Source: Eledone cirrhosa (lineage: Eukaryota). From it: 64,000 nt of DNA. The stretch spans positions 227,788,001 to 227,852,000 of the forward strand of contig OZ024741.1 of assembly GCA_964016885.1 (NCBI GenBank), given 5' to 3'. A program made the translations under genes and the position numbers. Positions 55,004 to 64,000 of this stretch are shown here, one piece after another. The notes below the pieces were generated by a model. It was given only the letters and a program-made list of their open reading frames with translations. It searched no databases and was not told the DNA's origin. The number at the start of each line of letters is the position of its first letter. Positions within the stretch are counted from its first letter, which is position 1.

Positions 55004-58000
55004 CTACAGCACTTTCACCCACCTTTCATAAAACTTGCTGGGGTACAGCACCTCTCTCTCCATCCTGATTCTTCTTCCAAAGTGGTATTTGAAAATAAGA
55101 ATCAGTTGTTGGCCGGAGAGAAAGGTGTCTGAACTCAGCCCTTTCAACCTTGTCCACCATACAACCTCTTTCGCCATAGCTATCACACAAAGGAAAACCG
55201 CCTCTCCTTCGTTTTTGAAGGAGGGTGGCGGTTTCATCATGGCAATAGACTCGGTGGTCAACTGGATTGGTCCCACCCGCGACAATAGTCGTTCTACATA
55301 GCCCCACAGGTCGGTGACGCCGGGGCAGTGTATGAATGCGTGCGCGACGGTTTCTTCGTCTCGTACGCACCTCGGACAGATCTTTTTTGCAGGGTCCCTG
55401 CCCGGGCGCCCATGTCTGTAGAGCTTGTCTCGGACTGGTAGAGCTCCTCGGTAGCACTGACAGGCCAGGGACTTTTGGAAGTTGTCCATCGGTCCCGGGC
55501 GGAAGGTCCTACCGAACAGACTGGCCAGTTCGTCTTCCTCTACGCCCAGCGTATCACCGAGCACGTCGTCGCACTTGCTGCGGATCAACCCTCTATAGAA
55601 TGACGAACTGGAGTCTCCACTGATCGCCGGGTCTGCCTGCCAGAGGGCTGTGAGCGCCTGAGCACATTCGATGTGCCAGTCGCCCATTTTCCTCGGTCTT
55701 TGCTTGACCCAGGACTGCAGCTCGGTCAGCGAGACGAGTCGTGGGAAGGCTCGCCTCACGAGCGGGGCCCACACCGGTTGTCCGGTGAGGAATACGTAGA
55801 GATGCCGCAGCCTGAGCGCATGTTTGCGCATCGTCAGCCACGGCATCCCCAGCCGCCGTTGGAAGGGTGTTGGCAGCAGATGGATCTTCTCACCAAAGGA
55901 GCCCGCCTCTTCCAAAGGAATTGGAAGAGCGCGCGCTCCATTTTGGCGAGCGTTTTGGCTGGACAAGGCAAGACGGTCAAGCGGTAGTAGATGGCGGACG
56001 CTATAAAAGTGTTCGTCAACTCCGCTCGACCTTTCAAGGATAGTTTGCACTCAGCCCACTTCTGGGTGAGTGCAAACACCTTAGCTGACACCTCGTTCCA
56101 GTTCTTCTCCACCTGGAGGTCCGGACCAAACCAGACCCCGAGCAGCTTTACTGGTCCTTCCGTCCAGCGTCCGACGACGCCATCGGAAGGCATCGGTTTG
56201 CCTCTCCACGATCTGAGTTGCAAACCGATGGACTTGTCCCGGTTCAGCTTCGCTCCTGAGAACCTTTCGTATTCCTTCAGTAAGGTGCCGACTTCCTCGA
56301 TTTGCGAGGCGCACGACACCATTACTGACACGTCGTCGGCGTAGGCCGACGCCGCTTTCCGCAGTCCCGGTTCCAGAGGGATGCCCTGCAATAGCTCCAA
56401 CTTCCGCAGTAGTGGCTCGAGAGTCAATACGTACAGAATGGAGGAGAGAGGGCATCCCTGTCGAATGGATCGCGTGATATGGAACGGATCCGAGAGGTAG
56501 CTGTTCACCTTAACCCTTGAGCAGATGTTGCTGTTATGCATTGCAGCAATCCAACCCCTGAATACGGCTCCGAAGCCTGCCGCCTCGAGCACCGCATCCA
56601 GGTAAGGATGGTCAACCCTATCGAAAGCCTTAGACTGATCCAAGTTGATCAGGGCCCCACCTAAGCCAGGTTTACACCCTACCCTCTCTATGATGTATCG
56701 CATGAGGTGGAGGTGTCGTGTATGGACCTGGTCGGGATTGCACATGTCTGCGCGTCTCCCACCAGTTTCTCGACGACAAGCGCCAGCCTCTTTGCCAACA
56801 CCTTGGCCAAAATCTGTAACTCTGTGTTTAGAAGAGTTATGGGCCGGAAGTTGCCTATGCCATACCTCTTATTCTCGTCCTTCCTGACTAGTGTGACTAC
56901 GCACCCGGTCACAGAACTGGAAATTCTCCCGTTCTGTTGCCAGTTACAGTAGACCGCTTCCAGGAGACCGGAGAATAAGTCCGGCATTGCTACGTAAAAT
57001 TCGTAGGGTAGACCGTCGAGACTTGGAGATTTGCGTTTGCCGCATTGGCTCAACGCGTCCCCTATCTCAGCGGCTGAAATCGGCTTTTCGCATAACTTTG
57101 CCTCGCTGTCCGAGACTCGCGGTAGGCCGTCAAGGTATAGACCTAATTTAATAGCCCCTCCCGGCGCGCCGCCCTGCTCGAACAGCTGAGCAAAGTGCCG
57201 CTGAAAGGCCGCACACATCTGCTTCGGCTCACGTATCACGCGTCCGTTTTGGTCCTTCAAAGACCGAATCCTGGACTTGTTGCCACTTTTTGCCTCCGTC
57301 ACTCGGGCCCAGCTAACAGCTTTGGCTCCCTCGTTTCCCAGAGCACGTATTTTGCTTCTGACAACGCAGCCCTCATGCTTTGCGTCGAAGAACTGGTCCA
57401 AGGCCGTTCTCGTTGCTAGCACGCTGGATACGTTGCCACTTCTAATTGCCTCTTCTACTTTATCTACCAGTTCTTCCTCAGTTCTATTTCTATCTAACGC
57501 TAATTCTTTACTAAAATCTAACGAGTCTAATCTAACTGCCCTCTTGAGAGAGTACCACCATCTGTTGTTGACAATGGCCCCTGTCAAGTGCTGTTTAACT
57601 AAAGTGCTAATCCGTCTACTGTAGGCTTTGCATGTCGGTAACGACAAATTCAGCTTCCAGTAGCCAGGTCCTTGTCTATGGGTTCTATCAAAGTTGACCA
57701 TGCAGGTCACTAGTTTGTGATCTGAATAGGCAGCCATGAACATTTGTGGACAGCTTAACATGTCCCTATCCTTATTTCTAACTAGAACCCTATCAAGGTA
57801 CGATCTAGATGTTCCGCTACGATTAGTTCACGTCCCCAGTGGCACAGTCGGAAAATCTAGTCGATATCTATCGGCCAGGTCAAATCGGCCGATTAACTGT
57901 TTCAGGATGTTACATCCCCCTTTATCGGGACATGCTCCCAAATAGTCCTAACGTGCATCTAGGATTCCATTCCAGTCCCCCACTAAAAGCAAGGAGCGGG

Positions 58001-58225
58001 ACGTTTCCAGAAAAGTCTCTAGACGTTTGAAGAAGTCTGGCCGCGGTGTCCCGGATGGGGCATATGCGGCCACCAGCCTGAAGGCTCCACCTTCACTACC
58101 GTCAACGTCTAGGACCACCAGTCGATCCTCCGGGTCCAGATGTACCGTCTGTGTTACGAAACCCAGGTGTTTCCGCAGCAAAACGGCAACCCCGCCCCCG
58201 CCCCCGCCTCCCGGGGATCAGGCCG
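55004..58225 (-). pseudogene. Disrupted ORF2: partial APE endonuclease, RT and zinc knuckle
   Basis: GVAVL, AYAPSG, VGDWN, YSDH, NFRPITLLN, KAFDRV, QGCPLS, YADD and CPRCVRDEETVAHAFIHC are spread across several frames. Confidence 0.92.
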
Positions 58226-58865
58226 CACGTTTTCCATGGGGGTGTTAGAGGAGTTGTCTGGGTGGGTGGTGGTTTCCGGCGTCGTGGGGACGGAGATGTT
58301 TGGTGGGGTGTATGGGGTGGATGTGTCTGGGGTGAGGGTGGGGAAACTTTTTAAAAGGACGCGGTTAATGGGTTTAACACAAGGATTACTCACGTCCTTA
58401 GGAAAGTTTTCCTTTAAAGACTTATAGGTGTCCGTAGGGACCCTAATCATCTTTAAATTAGGTTTGTCTACACAGTTCGAAAAAGTTTTCCATTCGGTGA
58501 AAACCGAAGGGTCGTTGGAGATGACTCCCATTAAAGTTTTGTTTTTACTGTTTATGTATGTGTAATGTTCTCGTTGTGTTGCGGTGGTTTTTGTCTGTTG
58601 TTCTTGTGGGAGCTTTCGTTTTGTTGTAGGTGTTTGTGTTTGGAGTGATGTCGTGGTTTTGTTTTCGGGACGGTTGTATGTCTGTAGTGATGTTTGTTGT
58701 TTATTTTTCTTGTGGTGTCTTTTCTTCTTTCTTTTCGAACGGAGAGGCTCTCCCTCATCATCACTTGGTGATGATTTGGGGGCCTCGTCCGTTGTGGTGT
58801 CTGTGTTATTTGGAAGGGGTATGTTTTGGGGAGCTGTTGTGTTTGTGGGTGTTTTTGCAGTGGTT

Positions 58866-60024
58866 TTAGGTGGAGTGGGGTTGGGTGGGACTGTGCTTGC
58901 AGGTTGGTTTGTTGTTCTTGTTTTGGTTGTGTTTGCGTGTTGTTGTTGTTGTTGTGGTGGTGGTGGTTGTGTTGTTGTTTTGGGAGTTGGCAGCAGTGCC
59001 TCTTTTTTTTTTATTTAACTGAGGACAGTAAACCTTCAGGTGACCACTGCTTAAACAGTGGTAACATGAAAGCCGCCTACCCTCAACAGAAATGTTTATG
59101 TGTGAAATTCCATCCAGAGGCACACGTTGGGGTATTTTAGCTATCCATTCTGGCCTCATTTGGACCAGAACTTCCATGCTTGTACCATTGAATGTGCCTC
59201 TGGAGGACTTTCCCACCGAAATGATGGTGTCTTCGTTGAAATCGATGAAGCCAGTTAGAATCCACCAGACGTTTACATTTGGTGCAATGTTCAAAACTTT
59301 TATTTTTTGAGTTCTTTTTCCCATATATGTGTGGAAAAAGGTGTAAAGGTGGGACACAATTGGCGATACAGAATATTTTTGTGCTGTCAATTGGTCTTTC
59401 AACAACACTAAAATGCTTCCAAAAAGTTTCCCTTTTTGGATGAAGGCAATATCCTTCATGGAATTCTTCAGAACCAGTTCATAACTGAACTGGTTTTTTT
59501 GACACAGTTGAGACCGTCCTAAAAATTACTGTTTTTAGAACAGTTTCTCTGCGTAACTGTTGAGGAGAAGTGATGCTGAAAGCACCACTCTCACCAAAAG
59601 TTACGTACTGTTTTGCATCGCTTAACATTTCCCTAGCATTGGAAATGTCAAGGTATGTGAAGAGTTCCGTCTTTTGGACGGTTTGAGCAAAAGAAATCTT
59701 TTCCTTGTTCGTGGAGTTGTTCGTGTTGCTGCTGTTGTTGGTGTTGTTGTTGTTATCATTGTTGTTGTTGGTGGTGGTGTTGTTGTTATCATTGTTGTTG
59801 TTCTTGTTGTCATTATTGTTGTTGTTGTTCTGGTTGGTGTTGTTTATATTTTGCATGTTATTGGTGTTTGTGTTAGTGTTGATGTTACAATCAAGGTCCG
59901 ACATCGTGTTTTCAAAACTGACGACATTTTCGATGTCTTTTAATGTGGTGGTGAGAGGAGGTGACTGCGAGCTTAACACTCTTACCGCCTCTCCACCACT
60001 TCTAGTTATGAACGCAGCGTTCAT
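58866..60024 (-). pseudogene. Disrupted ORF1 (gag-like) with Asn-rich N-terminus and CCHC zinc knuckle
   Basis: ORFs 59479-60036 and 58866-59459 are in frame across a stop. VEGRRLSCYHCLSSGHLKVYCP. Confidence 0.82.
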
Positions 60025-60351
60025 GACTGAATGCAAGGTTTGTTTACACTTATTTTTTCACCGGCGAAATTTTTTTCAAAACGAAAATTTCACCCCAGTG
60101 AGGGATGAAGATGACTTGACCCACCGTCTGAAAGTCCAGACGTGGGGTCAAGCTATAAAATAGTAATAAATTTAACAATAAATTTTTGATTTCTTACTTA
60201 GAAAATCAACAAAAACTTACCACCGAACTGGCACACGTCTCAAGTAAAACCAGATAGGTAGTTAGTTAGATAGATAGATAGATAGATAGATATCTAGATA
60301 GATAGATAGATAGATAGATATGTAGTAGAGAAATGATGTATTTGTGCGTGC

Positions 60352-60399
<48 letters not shown>

Positions 60400-60568
60400 G
60401 CATGCATTTTAAATATGACAGATATAAATAGTTAAATAGACATGTGAAATACTAAATCATAAAGTACAGTAAGGTTTATTAGTGAGAATAGACAAAGGAA
60501 TTATTACAGTTTTTCAAGGTGATTATAGAAGACATGCCAAGTAAAGAAAAAAGACACGATGAAGTATG

Positions 60569-60630
<62 letters not shown>

Positions 60631-60649
60631 TGTGAATGTGTGGACATGT

Positions 60650-60725
<76 letters not shown>

Positions 60726-60726
<1 letters not shown>

Positions 60727-60937
60727 ACAAAGAGGGTGTGGTAAGGAACCAGATGGATCATAACGCACCAGAGTACTCAATACTTAGGGTAGTAGAGTGG
60801 GTAATAGGAAAATGTTTAACCCCGACGGCAGATTTCAAGCCGTTTCGACGGCTATTTCTGGACTAAATTAGAATTTAGTCCAGAAATAGCCGTCGAAACG
60901 GCTTGAGCTCTGCCGTCGGGGCTAAACATTTTCGTAT
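60726..60937 (-). mobile_element. Family K fold-back element
   Basis: Palindrome 60804-60937 centred near 60870. Confidence 0.75.
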
Positions 60938-61116
60938 ATGTATGTATGTATATATATATATATATATATAAAGTATTTCCGTGGAAAGAAGAGTGCTCTA
61001 TGTATAGTACAAAGATATTTAATTATGTAATAAACAACACAATATAATTATTCCATTACCCAAGGTTTCACGAAGTTAGACGATTCCGATGAGCGATATC
61101 AGACGTTTCTGTTAGA

Positions 61117-62296
61117 AACGTATTGGTGTGGGATCATTGTGTAGAGATTCACTACATCGAAAGGCACAATAATAGTGTCGTTGTTGACATGTTTGGGGAA
61201 GTGGTTTAAGAGGTCCAGATCGTCTCTTACAAGGCTTGGTATGTGTTTGAGAATTAGTTTTAGTAGTATGTCTATAAAGTTGCTAAGTCTGTGTGGTTCA
61301 CATTGTGGGCCCGCTACAATTGGTCTTAATTTAAGGTCTGTGGGGTATTGTGTGTTCACGCAGGCTGAGGTGGATTGTTTACAGGCATCGTTAATTATTT
61401 TACACTTGTGGATCTTCGGAAGTCCGTAAAGGTTGCTAGTTTTGTATTCAAAATGTATTAAATAATCACGTTCCTTTTTAGTTAGGTCTTCCTGGTATCC
61501 ATAAATCAGTGTGTTTAATCTGGTCATTGTTTTTGATTGCTGGTAGTTTTTTACTCTTTCATAGTAATTAGTATTTTGTAAGAGAGAAAACATAGAATTT
61601 TTATATTTTTCAGCCTCCATAATGACAACAGTACTTCCCTAGTCCGCTTCCTTAATTATAATGTCCGTATTGTTTTTTAGTTCGTGGATAATCTCCCATT
61701 CCCTTCGACTCGTATTGGGTTTGGGTTTAGGTTGCGGTAGTTCATGATATGAGAAGGTAGCTATGTGGTCATAAAATTTGTCCAGAACTCTGTTTCTACC
61801 TTTTGTTGGGTTGTAGCTGCTTTTATTCCGTACAATTGATTCGTCGTTATTCTCCTTGTCAAAGAATTCCTCTGTGAGACGTAATTTTCTACAGAAGTGT
61901 GAGATATCGTCATTTATCTGATTGGAGTATTGTGGTGTTGGTGTGAATTTCAATCCTTTGGAGAGAATGTTTACTTGTTGGGCTGACAGGTTTGTATTTG
62001 AAAGGTTGATTATTTTCGGTTTTTCAAAATCGGTTTGTGCCACCGGGTGTCGTGAGTCCTGTATCATTGGTCTAAAAAATGATTTTTCTGGAATGTTTTT
62101 TCAATGGTATTATTATATCTAATGGTATTTCCCCTGTTGTTGTGTGGTCTTGTATAGAAGTTTCGGACGTATTGAAGTTCGGTTTGGTGATAGTCCGGGT
62201 TGTAGATTTTGTTCCTTTGTGTGGGTTCGGACCTACGGTTTTGGAACAGGCTGTGTGAGCAGGGGTCTACGGTTTTGGAATAGGTTTTGTGTGGGT
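61117..62296 (-). mobile_element. Penelope-like element, N-terminal RT region, 3'-truncated
   Basis: IINLS, LSKGLKFTP, IIIKEAD*G (DKG motif with a stop), LYGLPKIHK, LRPIV and FDVVNLYTMIP. Confidence 0.92.
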
Positions 62297-62297
62297 T

Positions 62298-63690
<1,393 letters not shown>

Positions 63691-63694
<4 letters not shown>

Positions 63695-64000
63695 TGTTAT
63701 ATTTGGGGAGGGTCATATTTGCGTAATATTGCCAGAATTAATAACAGAACACACTCACTGTTTGGTTGGTTTTCGCTTCTCGCTGTCTTTTATATATATA
63801 TATCTGCGATCTAACTTACTCGGTCCTCAATGTTGCCATTGACTGACCGGCGGTCAAAAATAATACAGATACAATATAGACAAACACATATATATATAGT
63901 TTACATAAATCTTTCGTTGCACATCTGCAACATCGTCAGTGGTGTTATATTCATTGTTCCTCCTGTTGTGTTGTATGTCTACGCCATTTTTTTTTGTTCA
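63691..64000 (-). mobile_element. PLE 3' end related to family G, with a hammerhead at 63903-63942; runs off the window
   Basis: Terminal motif shared with 44354. On minus: CA-CTGACGA-T-GTTGCA-GATG-TGCAAC-GAAA-GATT-TA-TG. Confidence 0.78.

Larger units (their letters stand above)
54768..60251 (-). mobile_element. Tx1/L1-clade retrotransposon with 5' UTR, ORF1 and frameshifted ORF2, flanked by (GATA)n
   Basis: ORF1 with CCHC knuckle, APE motifs, RT and C-terminal knuckle. AATAAA is followed by a (TATC)n tail at 54752-54767, and (GATA)n is also present beyond the 5' end. Confidence 0.92.

Overview
Repeat-dense, AT-rich metazoan DNA, most likely an octopus or other cephalopod. That is inferred from the SINE families and the extreme microsatellite load. 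Almost all ORFs in the supplied track are microsatellite artefacts. Real content: (i) a 10.5-kb GT-rich minisatellite; (ii) two phase-compatible candidate host exons at 11538-12071, plus weaker candidates; (iii) two Tx1/L1-clade non-LTR retrotransposons that keep 5' UTR-like ends but are internally deleted, one inside (ATT)n and one inside (GATA)n, plus two 3' fragments inside (ATT)n; (iv) many Penelope-like element (PLE) relics with RT or GIY-YIG fragments, mostly fold-back inverted repeats inside (TA)n; (v) many tRNA-derived SINEs and a few MITEs. The main hidden signal, read by eye, is about 20 type I hammerhead ribozyme (HHR) motifs from about 10 sequence families, several with intact cores and paired stems. 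There is also a family of palindromic 'half-hammerhead' elements and a fold-back tRNA-like element. No computation was run, so boundaries of decayed repeats are approximate.
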